Numbered from the stretch's first letter, positions 14,380-23,854 are shown. The stretch: DNA of 64,000 nucleotides from Citrobacter sp. Cu233 (GCF_030332225.1 NZ_JAOWIF010000021.1:1-64000); one strand, 5' to 3'. Notes: generated by a model from the sequence alone, not told the origin. Made by a program: numbers and translations.

Positions 14380-14696
14380 TGGAGCAGTATTGCGCTTATG
14401 AGAACACCGGAAGTGGAAAAAGTGTTTACCCGTTTTTAATCAGCTTACAGCATCCGGTCGCCGCGGTTTTGCAGCATGTACTGGTTGCACCCGTTATAGC
14501 GCTAAGTCAGTTCCCTGACGAAGTACCGCCAGCTAAAATTTGTCCTGTTGTTAGCATTGACGGGCAAGCTTATGTGGTGATGACGCATATGATGACAGGC
14601 ATGCCTTTGAAAAATATGGGTAATTGTGTGGGTGACCTGACCGCAAACAGGGCTGAACTTCGGGATGCGATTAATTTCCTGATTAACGGTTATTAG
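14379..14696 (+). CDS. ccdB: CcdB-like toxin (gyrase-poison family)
   Basis: 105 aa; aligns to F CcdB (PVV...M.T..M...P core; C-terminal ...R.ELRDAINFLINGY versus ...ENDIKNAINLMFWGI). Confidence 0.7.
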   Translation: MEQYCAYENTGSGKSVYPFLISLQHPVAAVLQHVLVAPVIALSQFPDEVPPAKICPVVSIDGQAYVVMTHMMTGMPLKNMGNCVGDLTANRAELRDAINFLINGY

Positions 14697-14722
14697 AGCG
14701 CCCCTCCAGGCGCTCTTTCCCT
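14695..14722. terminator. Bidirectional hairpin between ccdB-like and the minus-strand sor cluster
   Basis: AGAGCGCC-cctcca-GGCGCTCT stem followed by TTTCCC. Confidence 0.45.
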
Positions 14723-14729
14723 TTCCCCC

Positions 14730-15542
14730 TCACCCCGCTCGCGCAAATTCTGCGGCTTCGGCTATCAGCGCGTCATCCGGGCGCACGCCGGTGTACATGG
14801 CGAATTGCTCCACGGCCTGTAAGGCTATGACCTCTGCACCGCTGAGGGTCTTTTTACCCAACTGCTGCGCCAGCTTAATCACCGGTGTTTCCGGCGGCAG
14901 GGCGACCACGTCAAACACTACGCTGGCGGCGGCGACCATCGCTTCGCTGTAGGCCAGTTCGTCGCGCTCTTTACCGCCCGCCATGCCGATGGGCGTCACG
15001 TTGACCAGAATATCGCAGGCAATCCCTTCCGGCTGTGGCTGCCACTGATACCCATATTGTTTTGCCAGCGCCGGGCCGTTCTCGCGGTTACGTGCGGCAA
15101 TAATCACATCACGAAAACCGGCATCGCGAAACGCGGCGATGACGGCTTTGCCCATTCCACCACTGCCACGGATCATGACGCGTGCGCGGTTATCGAGCTG
15201 GTGGCTGGCAATCAGCTTTTTCACCGCAATGTAGTCGGTGTTAAAGCCTGTCAGCGTGCCGTTGTCATTGACGATAGTGTTGACGGAATCAATGGCGCTT
15301 GCGGAAGGATCGATGGCATCCAGAAACGGCATGCAGCTCTCTTTAAACGGCATCGAGACCGCGCAGCCACGGATACCTAATGCCCGTACGCCTTTCACTG
15401 CGGCCTCAATATCCTGCGTAGTAAAGGCTTTATAAATAAAATCTAATCCCAGTTTTTCATACAGATAGTTGTGAAAGCGCGTGCCAAAGTTACCGGGGCG
15501 ACCGGCAAGCGACATGCACAATTGGGTGTCGCGGTTAATCAT
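14730..15542 (-). CDS. AroE/YdiB-like shikimate-family NAD(P)-dependent dehydrogenase
   Basis: about 271 aa from MINRDTQLCMSLAGRPG...; SDH-family fold with a central G-rich dinucleotide motif (GSGGMGKAV); start lies 1 nt after the sorE-like stop. Confidence 0.7.
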   Translation of the reverse strand: MINRDTQLCMSLAGRPGNFGTRFHNYLYEKLGLDFIYKAFTTQDIEAAVKGVRALGIRGCAVSMPFKESCMPFLDAIDPSASAIDSVNTIVNDNGTLTGFNTDYIAVKKLIASHQLDNRARVMIRGSGGMGKAVIAAFRDAGFRDVIIAARNRENGPALAKQYGYQWQPQPEGIACDILVNVTPIGMAGGKERDELAYSEAMVAAASVVFDVVALPPETPVIKLAQQLGKKTLSGAEVIALQAVEQFAMYTGVRPDDALIAEAAEFARAG

Positions 15543-15543
15543 G

Positions 15544-16794
15544 TTAAATCTCCCCGGCGTGAGACAATACGTACTGCTCGGCTTCCTGTGACCAAATCCC
15601 CTGATGACGTTCCAGGATATCGCGTAAGGCCGGATCGTCAATCTGCGTGAGTGCGGTTAGCGGTAACGCTTTGCCGGTGTAGACCAGCTTTTTTCCGCCG
15701 CCGACTTTTGGCAATTCCAGCGTTGTTTCACCTGCCGCATTCAGCCCCAGGATGTGCGTCACCACTTTTGCAGCCTGGACCTTCTTCTCTTCAATCAGTT
15801 TTACCGCCGCGCGCATATCGTCGGTATTGCCGCCAGATGTGCCAACGTAATGGGTAAAAGCATAATGGACGTCATAGAAGTTAATCGGCGCGCTAAACTG
15901 CTTATCCTGCGGGCCGGCAAAGAAATTCATACAGCCATCGGCGGCAAGCAGGGAAGAGGCCAGTGTGACCAACTGTTCATTGGGCACAAACACAAAGATG
16001 TCGTCAAACCCGTGACCGCCGCTCAGCGCCATCAGCGTGTCGTAAGCCGCATCCTGGGCGTGGAGGTAGTGGATCAGCGTTTGTGGTTCTGACGGATAGT
16101 GCTTGCGGGCGTAGCTCAATTTATCGTTGTTGGTGTCGGTCACCACCAGTAGCGCCGGATTTACCGGACCGTGCAATGCGTAGTCGATCGCCAGCAGTCC
16201 CATTGGTCCTGTACCGCCGAGGATCAGCGTGCGCCCTTGCGGACGAATGCCCATCTTATGGTTATAAGTGCCTTCCTGCAGATGATAGTTGGCATTGAAT
16301 GCGCCAATCACGCAGGAAAGCGGCTCAACCAGCGAGCCTTCAAAATAGGTTTCACCTTCGTAGGCCAGCAGGCAATCCTGCTCCATCACCTCATTGGGAA
16401 TGACGACATGCGTAGCTTCGCCGCCCACCCAGGGGAAGGAGTAGCCGGGGCAGTCCGGGCGATCCGGCAGTTGCAGGTTGGCCTGAATCACATAGCGCTG
16501 GCCGGGCTGAAACTTATGCTGCCATTTTTTCCCCACGGCGAGAATATCGCCGCAGAACTCGTGGCCGATGATGATCGGGTTGGTCGCCACATCGTCCGGC
16601 ACCTTTTTGTGGTTCTCACCCTGATTCGCCTCTTTCCAGGAAGAAAGGCACAGGCTGTCAGTCACGACGGAAGCCAAAATTTCATCGTCCTGCATTTCGG
16701 GAAGGTCGAAGGTTTCCAGACGCAGATCGCGTTTACCGTATAATCTCAGAGCTGTTGTTTGCATTGTTACCACCTCTTCCTCTTTTGAGGACAA
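15544..16794 (-). CDS. sorE: Zn-dependent MDR dehydrogenase, L-sorbose-1-phosphate reductase-like
   Basis: about 406–416 aa; GHEFCG zinc-ADH motif; last gene of a sorCDFBAME-type cluster. Confidence 0.75.
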   Translation of the reverse strand: MSSKEEEVVTMQTTALRLYGKRDLRLETFDLPEMQDDEILASVVTDSLCLSSWKEANQGENHKKVPDDVATNPIIIGHEFCGDILAVGKKWQHKFQPGQRYVIQANLQLPDRPDCPGYSFPWVGGEATHVVIPNEVMEQDCLLAYEGETYFEGSLVEPLSCVIGAFNANYHLQEGTYNHKMGIRPQGRTLILGGTGPMGLLAIDYALHGPVNPALLVVTDTNNDKLSYARKHYPSEPQTLIHYLHAQDAAYDTLMALSGGHGFDDIFVFVPNEQLVTLASSLLAADGCMNFFAGPQDKQFSAPINFYDVHYAFTHYVGTSGGNTDDMRAAVKLIEEKKVQAAKVVTHILGLNAAGETTLELPKVGGGKKLVYTGKALPLTALTQIDDPALRDILERHQGIWSQEAEQYVLSHAGEI

Positions 16795-16832
16795 TTTGTT
16801 GAAGTTGCCCCGACATCGCCGGGGCGGAAAAA

Positions 16833-17657
16833 TCAGGACAGGAAGCCCAGCGCGTTACCAATAATCCCCAGCGCAAACAGGGCGAAGATCAGCCATACCG
16901 GATTAATTTTCTTGTTGAGCAGTCGCACCATCAGCAGCGTCAGGCCCAGCGCCAGCAGACCAGGGCAGAGCTGATCGAGTATGTTCTGCACGGTCATGGT
17001 GACGGTGGTACCGTCTGCGCCTGGCGTTTGCGATACCACCAGTGGCACGTTGATACTGGTCCATTTGGTGACCAGTACGCCCATCACAAACAGGCCGAGA
17101 ATCGATGCTCCCTCGGTCAGCTTTTGCAGCAGATTGCCGCCCATATCACTGACGATGTTGACCCCTTTACGAAAGCCAAGTTGTAAGCCATACCACTTCA
17201 TCGCCAGACGTACCGCATTGAAAATAAAGAAGAACAATAACGGGCCGAGAATGTTGCCGGAGAGCGCCAAAGATGCGCCGAGCGCGGCGGTAATCGGGCG
17301 CAACGTTCCCCATACCAACGGGTCACCGACGCCGGCCAGCGGGCCCATCAGCCCGACTTTGATGCCGTTGATTGCGCCATCGTCAATTTCTGCTCCGTTG
17401 GCACGCGCTTCTTCCATCGCAGCGGTGACGCCAATTACCGGACCGCAAACGGCAGGAGTGGTATTGAAGAACACCAGATGACGTTTCAGTGCCGCAACCT
17501 GATCCTCTTTCAGTGGATACAGGCGCTTAATGGCGGGGATCATGTCGTAGCAAAAACCCAGCCCATGAATACGTTCAAAGTTGAATGACGCCTGTTGCAG
17601 GTTGGAGCGAACAAACATGCTAAACAGGTCGGATTTGGTCAGTTTTTTCTGTTCCAT
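16833..17657 (-). CDS. sorM: PTS mannose/sorbose-family EIID component
   Basis: about 274 aa from MEQKKLTKSDLFSMFVRSNLQQASFNFERIHGLGF..., typical IID N-terminus. Confidence 0.8.
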   Translation of the reverse strand: MEQKKLTKSDLFSMFVRSNLQQASFNFERIHGLGFCYDMIPAIKRLYPLKEDQVAALKRHLVFFNTTPAVCGPVIGVTAAMEEARANGAEIDDGAINGIKVGLMGPLAGVGDPLVWGTLRPITAALGASLALSGNILGPLLFFFIFNAVRLAMKWYGLQLGFRKGVNIVSDMGGNLLQKLTEGASILGLFVMGVLVTKWTSINVPLVVSQTPGADGTTVTMTVQNILDQLCPGLLALGLTLLMVRLLNKKINPVWLIFALFALGIIGNALGFLS

Positions 17658-17668
17658 GGTCGGCTCCA

Positions 17669-18466
17669 TTAGTCTTCAAGCTGGTCGAGGGCATCAGGGG
17701 AGGTGGCTTGTGCCTGTGGTTCGGCTTTACGCCACTGCGGGTTCAACTGGATGTAAACCAGCGCGATAATCACGCCTACGCCACCGAAAGCCAGCAGGCT
17801 TAAATCGAGATAACCCCCGGCGATAAACCCGAGGAAGAAGAAAGGCATCAGGTACTTCACACCCATCATGCGCAGCACCATGGCGTAACCGACCACCACG
17901 ATAAAACCACCGGCAATCTGCAACCCACGGGTGACGAATTCCGGGATGGCGTTCAGCATGTTGCTGACCATATCGGCACTGACAAACAGCGAGACAACCA
18001 ACGCCGGAATGGCGACACGCAGCGCCTGCACACCGAGCGCGGAAACGTGGAGCATATCGATGGTGCGAAAGCGTGCGTCTTCCGCGGCTTTATCCGCCGC
18101 ATGCTGAAATACCACAGTGATGGTACGGGCGAAGACTGTCAGCACCTGGCCTGCCGCCGCCACCGGCAGGGCGATAGCGATGCCGGTGGCAATACTCTGC
18201 TGGCCGACGATAACCAGAATGGCGGAAATAATACTGGCGAGCGCCGAATCGGGGGACTGCGCGGCACCGACGTTCATCCAACCCAGAGCAATCAACTCCA
18301 GCGTGCCGCCGAGCATAATCCCGGTTTTTAAATCACCAAGGATCAGGCCGATAACGGTACAGGCGATGAGCGGGCGGTGGGTCTGGAACTCATCCAGCAC
18401 GCTGCCCATTCCGGCAATACAGGAAAATATAAATATGGCGATAATTTGTAGGGTACTTATTTCCAT
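17669..18466 (-). CDS. sorA: PTS mannose/sorbose-family EIIC component
   Basis: 265-aa polytopic membrane protein; stop abuts the IID start. Confidence 0.8.
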   Translation of the reverse strand: MEISTLQIIAIFIFSCIAGMGSVLDEFQTHRPLIACTVIGLILGDLKTGIMLGGTLELIALGWMNVGAAQSPDSALASIISAILVIVGQQSIATGIAIALPVAAAGQVLTVFARTITVVFQHAADKAAEDARFRTIDMLHVSALGVQALRVAIPALVVSLFVSADMVSNMLNAIPEFVTRGLQIAGGFIVVVGYAMVLRMMGVKYLMPFFFLGFIAGGYLDLSLLAFGGVGVIIALVYIQLNPQWRKAEPQAQATSPDALDQLED

Positions 18467-18531
18467 GATATGTCACCTTAAAGATATGACGATCCCTGCC
18501 TGTTACGGCATATTTCTACAGGCGCTATTTA

Positions 18532-19026
18532 TTATTTGCTAACGGACTGCTCTTTTATTTTCTCAAGAATATTAATTGCTGGGTCGGAGGCAACGACGCG
18601 TAAATCCAGTTTCACTCCCAACTGGTCCAGTTTGTGAAAAGCATTAATATCGTCATCATCTAAAGAAACGGCTTTGGTTAATTGCTTTTTACCCGGTCGC
18701 CAGGCCATGCCGCCAATATTTAATGTGGCGATTTTTACCCCTTGCTTTACCATGGCCAGCGCATCCTGCGGGCGGGTAAAGAGATAAAAAACGGTTTCAT
18801 TCTGATATTGCGGATTATGATAAACCGCCACCGCCTTTTCGATATTCACGACATTGACCTTCATCCCCGGCGGGGCAGCCTGGCGTAATAATGTTCGGCG
18901 AACTTCATCGTTATAGACCTCATCATTGCAGATAATAATCCGCTGGGCGTTTGCCACTTTCGACCAGACGGTAGTGACCTGGCCGTGGATCAGGCGGTCA
19001 TCAATACGGGCAAGGGTAATGTTCAT
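18532..19026 (-). CDS. sorB: PTS mannose/sorbose-family EIIB component
   Basis: 164 aa from MNITLARIDDRLIHGQV (IIB-Man phospho-His motif); start overlaps the EIIA stop (TGATG). Confidence 0.8.
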   Translation of the reverse strand: MNITLARIDDRLIHGQVTTVWSKVANAQRIIICNDEVYNDEVRRTLLRQAAPPGMKVNVVNIEKAVAVYHNPQYQNETVFYLFTRPQDALAMVKQGVKIATLNIGGMAWRPGKKQLTKAVSLDDDDINAFHKLDQLGVKLDLRVVASDPAINILEKIKEQSVSK

Positions 19027-19433
19027 CAAAAATCCTCTTCGGTCGTTGCCAGTGGCTTCCAGACAACGCAGGTTTGTTGAGCAATGGTCGTCAGGTGTTC
19101 GCACAGTTCATCCACATTCATACTGCTCTGGTTGTCAACCAGCTCCAGTGCCAGCGGCAGTGACAACCCGCTAATAACCCGTATCGACGGGTTTTGCATC
19201 GCCAGCGTCGCGGCGGCATTCCATGGACTGCCACACTGCAGATCGACGGCAATCAGCCATTCATCATTGGTGTGAACGCTTACTAACTCTTTCAGTTTTG
19301 CCACGATATCGCTGGCGTTTTCACCGGGGACAAATTCCACGGCTTCAACGTTGGTCTCACCGTAGACCATCTGCACCGATTCCAGCATGGCGCAGGCCAG
19401 TTTGCCGTGGGCGCAGAAGATTGCATTGACCAT
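19026..19433 (-). CDS. sorF: PTS mannose/sorbose-family EIIA component
   Basis: 135 aa MVNAIFCAHGKLA...; His10 in an IIA-Man context. Confidence 0.8.
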   Translation of the reverse strand: MVNAIFCAHGKLACAMLESVQMVYGETNVEAVEFVPGENASDIVAKLKELVSVHTNDEWLIAVDLQCGSPWNAAATLAMQNPSIRVISGLSLPLALELVDNQSSMNVDELCEHLTTIAQQTCVVWKPLATTEEDF

Positions 19434-19442
19434 AAAACCTCC

Positions 19443-20255
19443 TTAGCCGCGCGTTTTTCCGCCCGCAATGTTAGTGGTTACTCCGGTGATGTAGCTGGCG
19501 CGTTCAGACAACAGATAACAAACAAAATCAGCCACTTCCCCCAACCTTCCTGAACGACCAATGGGGATCGAGTTTTTGGTATAACCCTCGCGCAGCTGCT
19601 CGACGGTGATATTGCGGGTCCAGGCCAGCGCTTCTTCATATTCGGGGGTGCGCAGCCCGGTTTTTTCCAGAATGCCAGGCGCAATACCAACCACACGAAT
19701 CCCGTGTTTGCCCAGCTCTTTTGACCACGAGCGGGTAAAGCTATTCAGCGCGGCTTTGGTGGCGGCGTAGCAGCTCTGACCTTCAGAACCTTCCAGTCCG
19801 CTTTCTGAAGAGACATTCACAATCACGCCGTCATGCTGTGTTACCATCTGGCGCGCTACCGCTTGCGACATTAAAAAAACGCCTTTTTGGTTGATATTGA
19901 CCATTTTTTCAAAAGCGGCTTCATTGAGTTCATATTGCCCGGCCGGGGCTTTTTCATCGACCAGCAGGCGCGGGAAATTAACCCCCGCGTTATTCACCAG
20001 CCCATCAATACGGCCGAAACGCCGGATAATTTCAGCAACGGTGTGGCTGACTTCTTTGGCGCTGGAAATATCCGTCGGCCAGAAATGATATTTGCTGTGG
20101 TCGGTATATTTACCGTCGCCACCATGAATATCTGCCATCTGTACATTAGCACCTTGCGCTAATAACTCTTCAACAATGGCCAGGCCAATTCCTGATGCGC
20201 CACCGGTAACAATAATGACTTTATCCTGCAGATTTAACCACGTTTGCATAATCAA
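19443..20255 (-). CDS. sorD: SDR-family dehydrogenase, D-glucitol(sorbitol)-6-phosphate dehydrogenase-like
   Basis: about 268 aa; TGGASGIG Rossmann motif and YAATKAAL catalytic motif. Confidence 0.8.
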   Translation of the reverse strand: MIMQTWLNLQDKVIIVTGGASGIGLAIVEELLAQGANVQMADIHGGDGKYTDHSKYHFWPTDISSAKEVSHTVAEIIRRFGRIDGLVNNAGVNFPRLLVDEKAPAGQYELNEAAFEKMVNINQKGVFLMSQAVARQMVTQHDGVIVNVSSESGLEGSEGQSCYAATKAALNSFTRSWSKELGKHGIRVVGIAPGILEKTGLRTPEYEEALAWTRNITVEQLREGYTKNSIPIGRSGRLGEVADFVCYLLSERASYITGVTTNIAGGKTRG

Positions 20256-20319
20256 CTCCCAATTTCAGATAAGGGGATCCTGCATAAAATAAATTATGTC
20301 AGGATCAATTCGAATATAT

Positions 20320-21273
20320 TTACTTCAACAACAATTCAGCGGTATGACTGTTAGTGACTAAACCGTTAATATAATTCCCACGTAATGCACCAAGTATTCC
20401 ATTCAGTTTTTCTTCCCCCATGGCAATGCCGATGGAGTAACGCGCCTGCTTTAATTTATTGGTTTCGATCGAGAGTGTTTTTTCACTCATACTGGTCTCT
20501 ACCGTCACGCCGTTGATATCATAAAAGCGCGAGCAAATGTCTCCGGCGACATGGCGGGCATGCAGGTCATCACTCTCTTCGCTGCCGTAAAAGGCGTGCC
20601 AGTTGGCACCGTCCCTAATCGCCGGGGAGCCAATTCCGACCAGCGCGACGTCCAGATTATCCCAGTAGGCGGAAATTGAGCGGAAGTGTCGGGACTGCAT
20701 AATCCCGTTACGGATCAGCGGGTTTTCCAGAAGCGCCGGGAAATCTGCCAGGTGCGATTCCCCTTTGAGCTTTGCCGCTGCACCGTAGGTCAGCGTATTG
20801 ACGTGGTAACGGCTTTCAAGCTTGCCGGAGGGACCGCCGATAATCGGCACACAGATCAACTGGCGTGACTGGCTGGCCGGGGATAATCCTTCGACCAGCC
20901 CCCGAACGGCGCGCCCCCATGAGAAGCCGATAATATCGCCGGGTTCCAGTAAGCGCTCCAGCAGCTGTGCGCCGTGCACACCCATCATCGCGAGTTGTTC
21001 GTCTTCCTGTTCGCTGTCGCAGGAGACCACCACCGCTTCTTTCAGGCCAAATTTCTGTTTTAGCTGCTGTTCCAGCCACAGGTTTTCGTTGAAATCGTAA
21101 TTGATGGCAATGGTAACGATGCCTGATTCGCGGCCACGTTTTAGCAGGCGGCTGATAGTGGTGCGATAAATTCCCAGCTCGCGGGCGATTTGCGCTTGCG
21201 TCATATCCTGTTCGTAATAGAGCTGCGCTATTTTTACGATCAGGCGGATATCATCGCTGTTTTCCGTTGCCAT
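20320..21273 (-). CDS. sorC: SorC-family transcriptional regulator of the sorbose operon
   Basis: 317 aa from MATENSDDIRLIVKIAQLYYEQDMTQAQIARELGIYRTTISRLLK (HTH) plus a sugar-phosphate-binding domain; AGGAG SD 6 nt upstream. Confidence 0.8.
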   Translation of the reverse strand: MATENSDDIRLIVKIAQLYYEQDMTQAQIARELGIYRTTISRLLKRGRESGIVTIAINYDFNENLWLEQQLKQKFGLKEAVVVSCDSEQEDEQLAMMGVHGAQLLERLLEPGDIIGFSWGRAVRGLVEGLSPASQSRQLICVPIIGGPSGKLESRYHVNTLTYGAAAKLKGESHLADFPALLENPLIRNGIMQSRHFRSISAYWDNLDVALVGIGSPAIRDGANWHAFYGSEESDDLHARHVAGDICSRFYDINGVTVETSMSEKTLSIETNKLKQARYSIGIAMGEEKLNGILGALRGNYINGLVTNSHTAELLLK

Positions 21274-21742
21274 CTTTAGGCTCCTGCACATTTGTGCAAA
21301 TCACGAAATTGTCTTCTTGATCTGATATAACCCCATCGATGGCCCAGTTCAAAGTAATTTTCTCTTCTTTCAGCGCCATGAACTGGCAGTTTGTGTTGCA
21401 CATTTGATGTACCGATAGTGCGTTGTCGGCACATATGAGCTTATTGATGTAATACCTTGATTCTGTGTATTTTCGCGCAACAAAATTGCAGGCATGGGTT
21501 GCGGACACTTTTGTGTCGAAAGGTGTGACGGATCACAAATAGCGCCCGGGCGTTAGAACACGACTATTTTTTATCGCCCGCAAGGTAGGGTATATTTCGC
21601 TTTTAATACACAAAATCATTCAAGTTGTATCACGGCGGCAAGGGAGCAAACCCCTGGGAGCATAGATGGCTATGTGACCCGGGTGAGTGAGGGCAGCCAG
21701 CGCAGAGACAGTTTGAAGGATGCAGTGTATACAGGAGAAATT

Positions 21743-22624
21743 ATGCTGCCCGACTCATCCATCCGATTAAATAAATACATCAGTGAAAGCGGAATCTGCT
21801 CGCGTCGCGAAGCGGATCGCTTTATCGAACAAGGGAATGTCTTCCTGAATGGCAAACGCGCCACCATTGGCGATCAGGTGATGCCTGGCGACGTCGTGAA
21901 AGTAAATGGTCGGTTGATTGAGCCGCGTGAAGCGGAAGATCTGGTTTTTATTGCGCTGAACAAGCCAGTGGGGATTGTCAGTACCACTGAAGACAGCGAA
22001 CGCGACAACATTGTTGATTTTGTTAACCACAGCAAGCGTGTGTTCCCGATTGGTCGTCTGGACAAAGATTCTCAGGGACTTATCTTTCTGACCAACCACG
22101 GCGATCTGGTGAATAAGATCCTGCGTGCCGGTAACGATCACGAAAAAGAGTATCTGGTGACGGTAGATAAACCCGTCACCGACGACTTTATCCGTGGGAT
22201 GGGAGCCGGTGTGCCCATTCTCGGCACCGTTACCAAAAAATGTAAGGTGAAGAAAGAAGCGCCGTTTGTTTTCCGCATTACGCTGATTCAGGGGCTGAAC
22301 CGCCAGATCCGTCGTATGTGCGAGCACTTCGGTTATGAAGTGACGAAGCTTGAGCGCACACGCATCATGAACGTCAGTTTGTCCGGCCTGCCGCTGGGCG
22401 AATGGCGTGATCTGACGGGGGACGAACTGATCGAACTGTTCAAGCTGATTGAGAATTCTTCTTCAGAAGCTAAACCGAAGGCGAAAGCGAAGCCAAAAGC
22501 AACCACCGCAGGCATCAAGCGCCCGGTGGTGAAAATCGAAAAATCGGCGGAGAAAGAGAAATCGCGCCCGGCGGCAAACGGTAAGCGTTTTACCTCGCCG
22601 GGGCGAAAGAAGAAAGGGCGTTAA
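21743..22624 (+). CDS. rluF: 23S rRNA pseudouridine(2604) synthase
   Basis: from [26 protein letters not shown]... (S4 domain) plus RluA/RsuA-type catalytic domain; K/A-rich C-terminal tail. Confidence 0.9.
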   Translation: MLPDSSIRLNKYISESGICSRREADRFIEQGNVFLNGKRATIGDQVMPGDVVKVNGRLIEPREAEDLVFIALNKPVGIVSTTEDSERDNIVDFVNHSKRVFPIGRLDKDSQGLIFLTNHGDLVNKILRAGNDHEKEYLVTVDKPVTDDFIRGMGAGVPILGTVTKKCKVKKEAPFVFRITLIQGLNRQIRRMCEHFGYEVTKLERTRIMNVSLSGLPLGEWRDLTGDELIELFKLIENSSSEAKPKAKAKPKATTAGIKRPVVKIEKSAEKEKSRPAANGKRFTSPGRKKKGR

Positions 22625-22893
22625 CGTCTGCCGCGCGTTGGCGTATTCGCTGACCAGGAAAATGATGCTTCCGTATCCGGTTTATAAGCCTGCTTTTTCT
22701 TCAACTGGCGGGCTTTTTTGGCCTCTGCTTCGCGCAAGGCCATCAGCTTATCGATGTACTCTTTCTTAATGCTGTTGGTCTCAGCGTTGGTGAGCAGTCG
22801 ACCATGCGCAATACGCGCGCGGTCGAGCAGTGTTTTCAGTTCGCGCTGTTCGCGCTCGGTCATCTCTTTTTGGGTAATGCGGGGGAGTGCCAT
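22621..22893 (-). CDS. yjbD: DUF3811 protein YjbD
   Basis: 90 aa [34 protein letters not shown]..., convergent with rluF. Confidence 0.8.
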   Translation of the reverse strand: MALPRITQKEMTEREQRELKTLLDRARIAHGRLLTNAETNSIKKEYIDKLMALREAEAKKARQLKKKQAYKPDTEASFSWSANTPTRGRR

Positions 22894-23063
22894 ACGGTTG
22901 CCCTCAGTTAGCCAGAGGTTCCAGTGTACGGGAAATCATGCGAAAGAAACTAATTCTGAAAGCGCATCGCAGATTATTTCTTTCCCAAGTGACGAATAAC
23001 ACCGCCTGAATTAGCGTAATGCCCGTATTGAGACAGGGTATGTGAAAATGACATCTCTCTTTG

Positions 23064-23081
23064 TGTATAAAATTTTATACA
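23064..23081. promoter_or_regulatory. Perfect 18-bp palindrome TGTATAAAATTTTATACA, putative TA operator/promoter
   Basis: Perfect inverted repeat 10 nt upstream of the toxin start codon, adjacent to an AAGGA SD. Confidence 0.5.
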
Positions 23082-23091
23082 AGGATGTGCT

Positions 23092-23448
23092 ATGCTTTCA
23101 GTCAGGCAAGCGTCGAAGCCTATTGCCTGGGTCGGCCGGTCATTCGATGATTTATGCCGTTTCCCGGAAGAGGTGCGTAAAGACGCAGGGTATCAGTTAC
23201 ATCGTTTGCAGGCTGGCCTGGAAGCGGCAGACTGGAAACCGATGACAGAAATTGGGCCGGGTGTTGAAGAGGTTCGATTACGGCATGTTTGCGGAATTTA
23301 TCGGATTATCTATTTTGCCCGCCTCGAGGATGCTGTTTATGTGTTGCACTGTTTCGGCAAAAAGACACAGCGCGCTTCTGAGCAGGATAAACGTATTGCA
23401 AAAGCCCGTTATCAGGCGGTACAGCAAGAGCTAAGGAAACGAAAATGA
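23092..23448 (+). CDS. Gp49/HigB-like (RelE/ParE superfamily) toxin
   Basis: 118 aa; GIYRIIYFARLEDAVYVLHCFGKKTQRASEQDKRIA matches the phage Gp49/DUF891 HigB-like toxin signature; toxin-first order; ATGA overlap with the downstream HTH gene. Confidence 0.65.
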   Translation: MLSVRQASKPIAWVGRSFDDLCRFPEEVRKDAGYQLHRLQAGLEAADWKPMTEIGPGVEEVRLRHVCGIYRIIYFARLEDAVYVLHCFGKKTQRASEQDKRIAKARYQAVQQELRKRK

Positions 23449-23783
23449 GCCCCTCCATTGATGTCAAAATCCATCACGTGACGCCTGCGGATGCCAATAT
23501 TTTTTCTGAGCTGGGGTTTAGTGGCGAGGAATCCCAACGGCTTTATCAGGATGCCGAACGAGAAGTTGAGCAACTTATTGCGCTTAAACAGCAGCTGATG
23601 CAGGAAATTTCCGTCTGGATTGACGAACACAAACTGAAACAGGCAGACGCCGCCCTGAAATTAAATATCTCCCGACCACGGGTTTCGGATGTTGTGAACC
23701 AGAAAACCAACAAATTTACCCTGGACGCTTTGGTCATGATGCTGGTGAAACTTGGCAAGCCAGTAACGCTGCAAGTGGGTTAG
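23445..23783 (+). CDS. XRE-family HTH antitoxin (HigA-like)
   Basis: 112 aa; C-terminal HTH (QADAALKLNISRPRVSDVVNQK); partner of the upstream toxin. Confidence 0.65.
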   Translation: MSPSIDVKIHHVTPADANIFSELGFSGEESQRLYQDAEREVEQLIALKQQLMQEISVWIDEHKLKQADAALKLNISRPRVSDVVNQKTNKFTLDALVMMLVKLGKPVTLQVG

Positions 23784-23854
23784 ACCCGGTTTCTGCATCC
23801 TCCGGGTCAACTGGCTTCCCATGTAGGCCGGGTAAGCTTTCACTACCCGGCACT

